A stretch of 32,000 bases of DNA from Coprobacillaceae bacterium (lineage in GTDB: Bacteria > Bacillota_I > Bacilli_A > Erysipelotrichales > Coprobacillaceae), in contig OY776328.1 in NCBI GenBank assembly GCA_963675515.1, forward strand, positions 1,530,001-1,562,000. Direction: 5' to 3'. A program made the position numbers and the translations under genes. The notes under the pieces were generated by a model. It was not told the origin of the DNA and did no database searches. It saw only the letters and a list, made by a program, of their open reading frames with translations. Below, piece by piece: positions 9,351 through 18,474 of this stretch (position 1 is the first letter of the stretch; every line of letters begins with the position of its first letter).

Positions 9351-9412
9351 TTTGTGGTATTGATGATTCGTGTTGTCATGCCAATAGGGCATAAGCAAAA
9401 AGGGGGATGCAT

Positions 9413-9574
9413 ATGAAGAAGTGTAAAATTTGTGAGGAGTGTAAAGACGATAACGAAATGGTTTTTTTCCGTCGTCAGGAATACATTTGCAAGGACTTTG
9501 ATTCCAAATCCCATATAAAAGAAGATGATGATTATCTGGAATTCATGTACTCGACAAACGGATTTGACAAATAA
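9413..9574 (+). CDS. Small Cys-rich protein (53 aa), below the ORF-track length cutoff
   Basis: ATG 9413 is preceded by AAAGGGGGA. The translation is MKKCKICEECKDDNEMVFFRRQEYICKDFDSKSHIKEDDDYLEFMYSTNGFDK, with C-x2-C-x2-C plus a fourth Cys. It is co-directional with and 51 nt upstream of the phosphatase gene. Confidence 0.5.
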   Translation: MKKCKICEECKDDNEMVFFRRQEYICKDFDSKSHIKEDDDYLEFMYSTNGFDK

Positions 9575-9625
9575 GGGAAGCGAGACGGTCTTATAGATGT
9601 ATTGATTTTATGGAGGGGGCAAATC

Positions 9626-10285
9626 ATGATCATTTATGCAATGGGCGACATTCATGGATGTCTAAAGGAGTTCGAAGAATCATTGGCCCTGGTAGATCTT
9701 TCAGGTGACAATGTGCTTGTCCTGTTGGGGGATTATATCCACGGACCGGACAGCTACGGGGTACTTAATCGAATCACCCAGCTGCAAAAGGAATTTGGTA
9801 AAGAAAAGATTGTCGCGCTGATAGGAAACCATGAGGAGATGGCTCTAGATGGAAGTTGGCCCATTGAAGATGACCAATTAGAAGGAAACCATCACAATAC
9901 TCAGTTTTATCTCAACTGGATGAAATCCCTACCTAGATATTATAAAACGGGAAATCAAATATTCGTGCATGCGGGAATTGATGAAGAGGCAGGGGAATTG
10001 TGGGAGATCATGACCGATGATTCAATTTTCACAGCAAAATATCCGGCCCAGACGGGTTCGTTTTATAAGGATATTATTGCGGGACATATCGCAACCGAAA
10101 TAATATCGGGAACACCTGGATATGATGATATATACTTCGATGGGAAATCTCACTACTATATTGATGGCAATGTCCTGGATTACGGTTCGATTCCGGTCAT
10201 TATGGTGGACACAGAAACAAACAAGTATTATCGGGTGACCCAATCTGGCAACTGGTTGATATTGCCTTTTGATGAGGAAAACTGA
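9626..10285 (+). CDS. PPP-family metallophosphatase (Ser/Thr phosphatase / PrpE- or ApaH-like)
   Basis: Motifs GDIHG, LLGDYIHGPDS (a variant of GDxxDRG) and GNHE are present. I prefer ATG 9626 (MIIYAMGDIHG), preceded by TGGAGGGGG, over the track start at 9602. Confidence 0.8.
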   Translation: MIIYAMGDIHGCLKEFEESLALVDLSGDNVLVLLGDYIHGPDSYGVLNRITQLQKEFGKEKIVALIGNHEEMALDGSWPIEDDQLEGNHHNTQFYLNWMKSLPRYYKTGNQIFVHAGIDEEAGELWEIMTDDSIFTAKYPAQTGSFYKDIIAGHIATEIISGTPGYDDIYFDGKSHYYIDGNVLDYGSIPVIMVDTETNKYYRVTQSGNWLILPFDEEN

Positions 10286-10444
10286 CCGTTGTTATCTGTC
10301 TTGAAGCAAATGAAGGTAGTCCGCCGGCCAAACCTGATTATCCAAGGGGGGGGCATAACATGCGGTTTTTGTCATAAAATCTAAACGATTGGCGGTAAAA
10401 CGAAGCTTGAATAAACTATACTAATGAGGGGAAGGGGCAAGTAG

Positions 10445-10948
10445 ATGTTTATTGATTTTTACATGGACGAGGTACTGGAAATTCTATCTCAAAAGATGGA
10501 TTGCACAGACATTACAAAAGACGAAATAATTGAGATGGTCCCAACAAGCATCGACAGAAAAATATTGAATGATTTTTACATTAAAACAGGGTTGAATGTC
10601 GGTCATTACTACAATGATCAAGCCGGAGAAAGAACACTTTTATTTGATAGACTCGGTGCTTACCCGATTTGGGATATGGGATCTGGGGCCTATTTAAATC
10701 CTTCAGGAGAATATGCAGCAGTTGGTGGCGATATCGATTGCCCTGTTGACGTAATTATCGAAGAAGAAGTCCAATTGATAAGCCAAACCGATGATGGAAA
10801 TAACTACATCATTGTACCCTTTGGGGTTGACTTGTTTGAAGACGAGGATGACTGTGATGGCGATGACCTTGATGGGTATAATCCGTATAAAAGAAGGACA
10901 AAACGTGGCTTTGATTATTCTAAATATATGATAACTATTATTAGCTAA
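10445..10948 (+). CDS. Hypothetical acidic protein (167 aa), no family recognised
   Basis: Strong SD (GGGGAAGGGG) upstream of ATG 10445. A single long ORF with a D/E-rich C-terminal part (EDEDDCDGDDLDG). No competing ORF. Confidence 0.6.
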   Translation: MFIDFYMDEVLEILSQKMDCTDITKDEIIEMVPTSIDRKILNDFYIKTGLNVGHYYNDQAGERTLLFDRLGAYPIWDMGSGAYLNPSGEYAAVGGDIDCPVDVIIEEEVQLISQTDDGNNYIIVPFGVDLFEDEDDCDGDDLDGYNPYKRRTKRGFDYSKYMITIIS

Positions 10949-11065
10949 ATACCAGGAAAGTAGAATCGGTTCACAATTTAGAATTACAATTATCTAATTT
11001 GCTGTTAAATATTTGATTAATAAAATCAATGGATTCAGAATGATTATAGAAGGGTGGACTTTAAT

Positions 11066-11689
11066 ATGGATGAAGCAATATATAATAAATGTAATAAAAT
11101 AGAAAACGAGGCACTTGTAAATAAGCAGCCAAAATACCTGAAAATAATTTGTCAATTTTCGAAAAATAAGCAATCAGACATCTTTGGTCAGATTGGAGAT
11201 TATGTTTTTATAAACCCTGATCAAGAATCCAAGAGGAAGAGGCTGTGGGCGTTGTTTGGAAAACCCGTAGTTGAAGGAATAGAAAAAGAATATTGGGTAT
11301 GCTTAGAGGTGGGAAGCGGCAAAGATATTAAAAAGGAAATTCGGTCTGATTTAAACTCAATGTTTGCAGTCTCAAAAAATGTTAAAAAAGGATCTGCTTT
11401 CTTTCAAAACTTGTTTGAATTTGATACATATAAAGATAGAACAAGTTTAAAGTATAAGAAAATTTATAACATATGCAGTGATTTTATTATTTACGAAGTG
11501 GATATAAATGAATTTATTAACAATATAGATACTGGTAATTATCCACTTGATAATTATGCTGAGGTAAAATTTGCTTTAGACTATAAAGCTTTGTTTTGGA
11601 ACCCATCACCTGCGGTTTATGGGAATAAAGAAATGGAGATACTTAATGAATTTTGTTATCAAAGGCCGACGGAGTATATGAAAGAATAG
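11066..11689 (+). CDS. Hypothetical protein (207 aa), no family recognised, very AT-rich
   Basis: ATG 11066 is preceded by AAGGGTGG at 11050-11057; the track start GTG 11054 lies inside that SD. It is the only long ORF here and is followed by a bidirectional terminator. Confidence 0.55.
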   Translation: MDEAIYNKCNKIENEALVNKQPKYLKIICQFSKNKQSDIFGQIGDYVFINPDQESKRKRLWALFGKPVVEGIEKEYWVCLEVGSGKDIKKEIRSDLNSMFAVSKNVKKGSAFFQNLFEFDTYKDRTSLKYKKIYNICSDFIIYEVDINEFINNIDTGNYPLDNYAEVKFALDYKALFWNPSPAVYGNKEMEILNEFCYQRPTEYMKE

Positions 11690-11808
11690 TTTATATGACC
11701 ACATAACACAGATTTAAATTCTTTGTTTCGATATGTCGGAATTATATTTTTGTGAGATCCAATGAATTACAAGTATTAAAAATTATACAAATGGAACCGA
11801 TTGACTTC

Positions 11809-11852
11809 AAAAAAATCCTTAATGCCTGGAAATTGGCACTAAGGATTTTTGT
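11809..11852. terminator. Bidirectional rho-independent terminator between convergent genes
   Basis: A-run, then ATCCTTAATGCC, loop TGGAAATT, then GGCACTAAGGAT (12-bp stem, 1 mismatch), then a T-run. Confidence 0.65.
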
Positions 11853-11906
11853 GGTTGGTTTCATCATTTAATAATATAGGTATTGAAATGACATTATCGA
11901 GAAATT

Positions 11907-13559
11907 TTAGCGGGTTCTTTGCTTATGAACAAATGCCAAGGACAGACTTGCTCCGGCAATAAGAATAAGGTATTTGGAATATGAAGCGGCGTCCCCGGTG
12001 GCGATGACTTCATCAGCTGCTGTTTCGTCGGCCAATTCGGGTGGTGTTACCTCTTTGTTTACATTGATTATCGGAGGAACAACTATCTCCTCTTGTTTCT
12101 CGCTGAAGTAATTGTTGAATGTGATGACATCAACCGGTTCATCAAATCTGAAGTATTCAAGGATAACGCTCAGGATTCCTTTATTGTCGGTCACTGCTGC
12201 AACTATTCGATATTCGCTCTTATCGTAGATGTAGTCGGGATCATTTCCCTCCAGTTCGCTAAGTGTGAAATAATAGATGCCTGGCTGGGTGAATTCCAGA
12301 AAAAAACTGTTGGTGTGGATTGAATCATCAAGGATGGTTATGGTTGGTGTTTCGTTTTTTATATTTGCATATTCGTAATCTTCTTCAGGGACAAGCAGGA
12401 AATCGAAGCTTGGATTGCTGTCATCCTGGTAGTTTAGCACCTGTTTTTCAAATGGCAATGAAATGCCAGTAGGAATTGGCTGGTATACATTGGTGAAGAT
12501 GATGGCATCCTGGACGCCGTTATTATCTATTATGGTCCTGGTTACCAGGCCATATTGATCTGCTTCGAGTGTCACCGTAAATGTGTTGTCATCGTAAAGA
12601 TAGTAGGGACTGTCATTGGCAATCTGTTTTATCTTGGCCTGATAATCCGTATTGGGGAACATGTAGAAGGAAAATGAGTTTCCCTGTTCAGTTGGATAGT
12701 CGATGGCTTTGGTTGAATTCAGGAATTCACCGAAGGGCAGGATATCATACATTCCCACCTGGAACACCTCGTTCCAGCCGGTAACCGGCGTAGTTGCCAT
12801 GCTTACTGGCAGTGTGACTTCGACCGGCAGTGAGACATATGTGTTTTGGAAGATGACCTGGGGCGCGATGACATCATCCTTGTAGATGGTCGTTGAAGCA
12901 AGGTTCAGGTTGAATCCATTTGCTGTAACTACATAATCGACCCGGAACAGCGAATCATCGAAGGTGAAGTTCTGGTAGCCCAGATTCACCTGGGAGATAG
13001 TAAGTGAATAAAGACCAGGTTTGCTTATCGGGTAATCAAGATTGCCGTAAATATCAATCGTTCCATCATCCCACATCATATTTACCAGGTCGACCTGGCT
13101 TCCATCAGGCAGGGTAAGGGTTGTTACAAATTCGAAGTTGGGGTAATCATTAAAGACATCATGGCCGTTGGCCTGGAATTCAACCGTTCCTGTCGGAAAG
13201 GACAAGGTGCCCTGATAAACCTTGTCCAGGACTACTGTGATCACGTTACCTACCTGATTGTAGGAAATGGTGTAATTGGCCACCGGATCCACCACAACAT
13301 CGTAATCCAAAGAAGTATTTAAGCCACTGAATAGATGGCTGTTTTGGCTGGTGGTAATGGTATCCACGACCAGATAACCATCCTGGTCAGGCAACTTCTG
13401 GCGCAAATGGACGGTCAGGTCGCTGGCCGGTGGACCTTCCCAGCTGAAGTTAACCTGGAGTGTCGACGAACCAGTGGCACTTACATGCAGGATATTCAAT
13501 CCCAATACAAATAGAAGACTCAACAAGATGGTAATCAACTTAAATTTGCTTTGTAACAA
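11907..13559 (-). CDS. Secreted cell-surface protein with repeated pilin/adhesin-type (Spy0128-like isopeptide-domain-like) modules and a C-terminal membrane anchor
   Basis: Signal peptide MLQSKFKLITILLSLLFVLGLNILHVSA. There are at least three modules of the type PG(L/I)Y..T(I/L)S(Q/E)... each ending in F.N.Y (FQNTYVS, FTNVYQP, FNNYFSE). The C-terminus is VIATGDAASYSKYLILIAGASLSLAFVHKQRTR: a sorting-signal-like motif, a hydrophobic helix and a basic tail. The start is TTG with GAGAGGG upstream. Confidence 0.8.
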   Translation of the reverse strand: MLQSKFKLITILLSLLFVLGLNILHVSATGSSTLQVNFSWEGPPASDLTVHLRQKLPDQDGYLVVDTITTSQNSHLFSGLNTSLDYDVVVDPVANYTISYNQVGNVITVVLDKVYQGTLSFPTGTVEFQANGHDVFNDYPNFEFVTTLTLPDGSQVDLVNMMWDDGTIDIYGNLDYPISKPGLYSLTISQVNLGYQNFTFDDSLFRVDYVVTANGFNLNLASTTIYKDDVIAPQVIFQNTYVSLPVEVTLPVSMATTPVTGWNEVFQVGMYDILPFGEFLNSTKAIDYPTEQGNSFSFYMFPNTDYQAKIKQIANDSPYYLYDDNTFTVTLEADQYGLVTRTIIDNNGVQDAIIFTNVYQPIPTGISLPFEKQVLNYQDDSNPSFDFLLVPEEDYEYANIKNETPTITILDDSIHTNSFFLEFTQPGIYYFTLSELEGNDPDYIYDKSEYRIVAAVTDNKGILSVILEYFRFDEPVDVITFNNYFSEKQEEIVVPPIINVNKEVTPPELADETAADEVIATGDAASYSKYLILIAGASLSLAFVHKQRTR

Positions 13560-14478
13560 TTTACAAACCCTCTCTTTCTAATTTTGAAACCATTGTAACA
13601 TATGTAAGCGCTTTTTGAAACGTTTATAGTAACTTAATTTTTAAAATATGTACATTATCTATCTTTTAATTGTAATTTGGTATCTTAAAGTAATAGTTGT
13701 GTTTAAAGTAAAAATTCAGGGTATCGTACTTTTAGCTGCAAAAGTTTTCTGTTGGTAGATTTAGCCAATATTACATATTCAATTGGAGCCGGCAGATCTG
13801 ATAGAGCTGACAAGGGGAAACGATAATCTATGCAATTTAGTGGCTACGATTGCGGTTGTGATTGTTATTCCTGGGTCATGCCACCAGTGGTAATCATCAT
13901 ATATTTTGATAATTGAAATTCCATTTGGCTTTAATGTTTCAAGAGAAATTTTAGAAGGGGAGAATTTGAAGCTGATCATAGTTTACCAAGAACGGAAAAG
14001 CATCCTAAGATAAAATTGACGTCAAGTCATAAGATGTCTGATGCGTGGTCTTTGCATATTCACATCTTCGACAACGGTCCAAGTCCGATCGGGTGGTTAT
14101 CACCTTGATTTCTGGGTTAAGCAGCAGGGAATCCATTAATGGTGATAATTGTAATTTTGAAGTATCAAGCGCTTTTGTAAGCCTGTCGATAAAACTCATG
14201 ATTTGGATTTTGCGCTGTAAAATGTGAGGAAATGTTTCAGGGATTGGAAACACCCGAGCATGAGATCAAGGTTGATTGTTACGTTAATAGCCGTCTTATG
14301 GACAAAACCGTCTGAAGGGATGAATGGTCATCAATTTGACTGGATATTCCATTTTTTTTCTTTGTTCGATTTCTTCGGCGCAACCGGCGGTAGAGACCTG
14401 ATCATAGGCATCGGGATTGTTGTGTTTGATCCAATGCAAATAAATTTAATCGCTTGTAAGCGGATATCAATTTAATGG

Positions 14479-14495
14479 TAATTGTGTTACAATTA
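14479..14495 (+). promoter_or_regulatory. 17-bp palindrome TAATTGTGTTACAATTA containing an extended -10 (TGTTACAAT); possible promoter/operator of the lipoprotein gene
   Basis: Perfect 7-bp arms with a 3-nt centre. TGn-TACAAT lies at 14485-14493. The same 12-mer TGTGTTACAATT occurs in the putative promoter at 9340-9351. Confidence 0.3.
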
Positions 14496-14660
14496 TTGTG
14501 AATAGAGCAGGCAGCAACTTTGAAAAACAATGTCATCCAGCCGGCAATAATTATGTTTGAAAACCAGATCCGGTAGCGAAAAGCCGGCAAGACTTGTTTT
14601 TATCTACCTGTATGACAATTGCATGGATAATACTTTTGCGAAGTGAAAGAAGGGATTAAA

Positions 14661-16424
14661 ATGGGATTCAAGTCTCGTAGGGTTATTTCGTTTTTCTTGG
14701 CTTTGACATTGATCATGCTTTCAGGATGTACCGTACAATCAGATGGCGTCAATGGTGGCTATGGCAATACCAGTTCCAACCTGGCCAACGGCGGATTGGC
14801 GGTGGCAGATGATGACTGGATTTACTTTACCAACTATGGTGATTACAATGCCATCTACAAGATCAGGACCGACGGAAGTGGGGAAGAGAAGATCAGCAGT
14901 GATTATGCCTACTACCTGAATTACTATGACGATTGGATCTATTACTGCAACGCCAGTCAGAACAGCTATATTTATAAGATCAAACCCGATGGCACCCAGC
15001 GAACCCTGGTCTTAGAAATTGCAGCCCGCAATCTTGTCATCGTCGATGGGTGGATGTATTTTGTGAGCATTACCTATTTTGAAAATGAAGATACCTCGAT
15101 GACAATCTTCAAGGCAAAGACCGATGGTAGCCAATTGAACCAGTTGTCAGGCACAGCCGTGAATGGATTCGCAGTGGCTGACGATATGATTTACTACATC
15201 GATGCGGCCAGTGAAAACATCTACAGGATGAAAACCGATGGCAGCGCGGCTACCAAGTTGACTGATGGCAGTGCAGTAACGATAAGCGTCTTTGATGATA
15301 GCATCTATTATGTCGACCCGACCGATGAGCAAAACATCCTCTGGATGATGAAGTTGGATGGGACCGGGGCAACCAGACTGAGTGATGACAAGATTACCGC
15401 ATTCAATGTGAGCGGCGAATGGATCTACTATTCTAAAGCCACTGAAGAATTGGGCAGCTTCGAATTCAAGAAGATGAAAATAGATGGCAGCGAAGTTTCA
15501 ACCGTCAATGACGATTCGCCGTTATTGATCAATGTGAGTGGTTCGACCTTGATCTACCTCTCATTCGATATATCGAACCTGATCTCCTGGCAAGTCAGAC
15601 AGACCATCATCAACATGGATGGCACCAACCGCCATGATTATGTTCCGGTGACAATGGATGATGTGCTTGATGGAATCGGGGTGAATGACATGGATGAAAC
15701 AGTCACTCTCAACGATTTGGAAATCACGGTGACCTCGGCCTACTCGACCAATATCCTTAAGAATTCCACTCCGGGATTCGAAGAACCGCTGTTCGATTAC
15801 GTCAGTGATGGAACCAACCTATTTGTCAATGTGACCATCAAGAACAACGGCAGCGAAGCAAAAGACCTGACCCACCTTTTCGGACAACTCGACTACGATG
15901 ACAGCGGCAGCTATGGCGTTGTCTGGATGGCACAGGCCGACATCTCCCAGCTCGATACCCAAAATGATGTCAGATTCCACCTGGGACGGGAAAGTTACAG
16001 TGACAGCCTGACCATAGAAGCTGGAGCGACAATGAATATCCAGCTGTATTACGAAACAGGTCTGGGCGACCGGAGCTTCCCGGTTACTTTGGCGGTGTAT
16101 GAAAATGAAAATACCGACCAGCCGTTGGCAGCCTTTTCCATTACCCCTGATGAAGAATATTACGTTATCTCTTACATGGAGGCATTGAATGTCATCGAAT
16201 CAAAGTTCAACGGTACCAAACCTGATGAAGAGCTTGACAGTATCCCGTTCGATCTGGACGACGATGGCATCAATGAGGTGTACTATGCCTTCAGATACAC
16301 AACCAGCGCTGTTGGTGAGAGTGGCTATTATTTTGTTGCCCGGGATACGGGTGCCATTTACAGTGGCGGCTATGATGAAAACTATCCGGATTTTGTGGCT
16401 GTTCCAACCGGATTGCTTGAATGA
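14661..16424 (+). CDS. Lipoprotein with an N-terminal DUF5050-type beta-propeller repeat region and C-terminal Ig-like/DUF4352-like and PepSY-like regions
   Basis: I prefer ATG 14661 (SD GAAGGGA). The signal peptide has a lipobox (LIMLSGC). Blade motifs repeat about 8 times (DDWIYY.N, IYKIK.DG, IYRMKTDGS, D..IYYVD). The segment TLNDLEITVTS...LFVNVTIKNNGSEAKDL is DUF4352-like. Confidence 0.8.
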   Translation: MGFKSRRVISFFLALTLIMLSGCTVQSDGVNGGYGNTSSNLANGGLAVADDDWIYFTNYGDYNAIYKIRTDGSGEEKISSDYAYYLNYYDDWIYYCNASQNSYIYKIKPDGTQRTLVLEIAARNLVIVDGWMYFVSITYFENEDTSMTIFKAKTDGSQLNQLSGTAVNGFAVADDMIYYIDAASENIYRMKTDGSAATKLTDGSAVTISVFDDSIYYVDPTDEQNILWMMKLDGTGATRLSDDKITAFNVSGEWIYYSKATEELGSFEFKKMKIDGSEVSTVNDDSPLLINVSGSTLIYLSFDISNLISWQVRQTIINMDGTNRHDYVPVTMDDVLDGIGVNDMDETVTLNDLEITVTSAYSTNILKNSTPGFEEPLFDYVSDGTNLFVNVTIKNNGSEAKDLTHLFGQLDYDDSGSYGVVWMAQADISQLDTQNDVRFHLGRESYSDSLTIEAGATMNIQLYYETGLGDRSFPVTLAVYENENTDQPLAAFSITPDEEYYVISYMEALNVIESKFNGTKPDEELDSIPFDLDDDGINEVYYAFRYTTSAVGESGYYFVARDTGAIYSGGYDENYPDFVAVPTGLLE

Positions 16425-17052
16425 GCCATTCAAACAATAAGAATATTGTTTAAATGGGAGATGACTCCAGTGGACCATCCTGCGCGGATCCGGCATGGTC
16501 GGCGCGAAACCTTGATAGAATAACTCAGATCCTTTGGCGGTTGTGAGCTGGCCACCTTGATCGGTGCCCGGATCCAGATGAGACTAAGGTCATCTTTATA
16601 AGACGGGGCTAGATGAAGCGTTGTAAAATGCTTATGGACATCTCAAGGGCGGTACCGGTTGGCCTGGATGCCGATTAATGGCGGGCAGGGAGCGGCTGAT
16701 TTTAAAATTGCGAAGCAGTTGATTGATTGTCTTACTAGCACCAGTTTTGTCAGTGTTTTGAAGGAGTGGATCAGGATCCAAAACTGAACCCTCCTTTTTT
16801 AGCTTGTAATGTTTTCCGATTCCACCTCGGGTCTGGTATGGCTCCTGATTTTAGGGCCTTCATGGCACCGGTTCGTTAAAATGACGGAGAATACTTTTCC
16901 GGAAGAATTTGATAAACGATACCTTGAGTACGCCACCGCCAGGATTAAGGTGCAAGTTTTAAAATTGTCAGAGTCGCTGACTCTTTTGTTGAATCGATTG
17001 TCCAAGGCTCTCAGCCGGTAAATCTAATGACAAAAAATACTATAATCAAAAA

Positions 17053-17099
17053 AATCCTTATTCCATAAGGCATTTACCTGAGAATAAGGATTCTTTTTT
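17053..17099 (+). terminator. Rho-independent terminator whose T-tract is the IS target site
   Basis: Perfect 11-bp stem AATCCTTATTC / GAATAAGGATT with an 18-nt loop, followed by CTTTTTT. The IS left end starts at 17101. Confidence 0.6.
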
Positions 17100-17100
17100 G

Positions 17101-18474
17101 GGCCTTTCGCTGTTTACTATGGGTAAGCAGGAGTATAGCCCCTTGTGCTTCTAGTTAAAATGACCTAAAATTGTATCCATAAACTACTAACGATAACGAG
17201 GTAATGATTATGGATACTTTGGACTTATTTACAAAAGCTCTTAACTTAGGTGAACCTTGGACTGTTTCTGATGTCAATTTTCTGGATACCGACAAAGGCA
17301 TGGAATTGCATATAAATATCAGTTTCACCAAAGGCGGTAAATTCCCTTGTCCGGTTGATGGTTGTAAAGAAATTGGAACTGCATACGATACAACCAAAAG
17401 GACCTGGAGACATCTTAATTTCTTCCAGTACAAGACATTCATCCATGCTGATTTGCCACGGGTAAATTGCAATGATCACGGGCCTCAAACTGTTCAAGTG
17501 CCATGGGCAAGACCGGGATCAGGTTTTACCCTGCTTTTTGAAGGTTGGGTAGTAGAGTTGGCTAAGCATCTTCCGGTTTCTCGCATTGCTCAAATGATCG
17601 ACGAACATGATACGCGGCTGTGGCGCTTCATCAAGCATTACGTCAATGAAGCCCGTAAACTCGAAGATTATTCAGATGTTACAGCCATCGGTATCGACGA
17701 AACAAGCAAGAGAGGCCATAATTACATCACTGTTGCCGTTGATCTCGCCAAACGCAAGGTAATCAACGTTACCCCGGGAAAAGACTCTAAAACAGTTGAT
17801 AATTTCGTCGTGGACTTCAAGGAACACGGTGGTGATCCAGAGCTTATCAATATCATTACTTGCGACATGTCGTTAGGCTTCAAAAAAGGTATCAAAGAAA
17901 ATTTCAAAAACAGCAATACTGTTATCGATAAATTTCATGTAGTAAAACACGCCAACGAGGCAGTAGACAAAGTCCGTAAAGATGAAGTGCGCACCAATTT
18001 CTTATTAAAGAAAACCAAGTACATCTGGTTAAAGAATGAGAGTAACTTGACCGAGAATCAAAAGCAGAAGAAATTTGATTTAGCCAAGTTAAACCTTAAG
18101 ACAGCCCGAGCATACAATATGCGACTCGCACTACAAGATGTTTATGAATCCAGCGACACCGTTGAAGAGGCAACCAGAGGACTCAAAAAACTGTGCTCAT
18201 GGATGATGCATTCCAGACTCGAACCAATGAAGAAATTCGCGAAGTTAATCCGTAATCACTGGGAGGAGATTCTCAACTATTTCAGGTTCAGGTACACCAA
18301 TGCAATTCTAGAAGGAATGAATAGTATTATCCAAAACATCAAGACCAGGGCAAGAGGATTTCGGAATGACGAATACTTCAAAACACTGATATATTTGGTG
18401 TGTGGAAAGCTCAATCTTGAAGCGGTTGTCGCAAAGGGTTAATGGTAGCTACCCACACCAAACAGCGAAGAGCC
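17101..18474 (+). mobile_element. Intact ISL3-family insertion sequence (about 1.37 kb) with imperfect terminal inverted repeats and an 8-bp target-site duplication
   Basis: IRL is GGCCTTTCGCTGTTTACTATGGGTAAGC. The reverse complement of the right end is GGCTCTTCGCTGTTTGGTGTGGGTAGCT, matching about 20 of 25 positions and carrying the GGCTCTTCG-type terminus typical of ISL3. Identical direct repeats CTTTTTTG lie at 17093-17100 and 18475-18482. There is a single transposase ORF. Confidence 0.85.
17210..18442 (+). CDS. ISL3-family transposase
   Basis: The N-terminal zinc-finger region contains FPCPVDGC...WRHLNFFQY. The DDE region contains IGIDETS, ITCDMS and VIDKFHVVKH. ATG 17210 has better SD spacing (GAGG at 17198-17201) than ATG 17204. 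Confidence 0.9.
   Translation: MDTLDLFTKALNLGEPWTVSDVNFLDTDKGMELHINISFTKGGKFPCPVDGCKEIGTAYDTTKRTWRHLNFFQYKTFIHADLPRVNCNDHGPQTVQVPWARPGSGFTLLFEGWVVELAKHLPVSRIAQMIDEHDTRLWRFIKHYVNEARKLEDYSDVTAIGIDETSKRGHNYITVAVDLAKRKVINVTPGKDSKTVDNFVVDFKEHGGDPELINIITCDMSLGFKKGIKENFKNSNTVIDKFHVVKHANEAVDKVRKDEVRTNFLLKKTKYIWLKNESNLTENQKQKKFDLAKLNLKTARAYNMRLALQDVYESSDTVEEATRGLKKLCSWMMHSRLEPMKKFAKLIRNHWEEILNYFRFRYTNAILEGMNSIIQNIKTRARGFRNDEYFKTLIYLVCGKLNLEAVVAKG

Noticed and set aside
16799-17021. Overlapping 68-aa (-) and 70-aa (+) ORFs as genes
   Set aside because: Neither has an SD at the track start and neither resembles a known family. They are treated as part of a degenerate region, and only the shorter plus-strand 46-aa frame is mentioned as a possibility.
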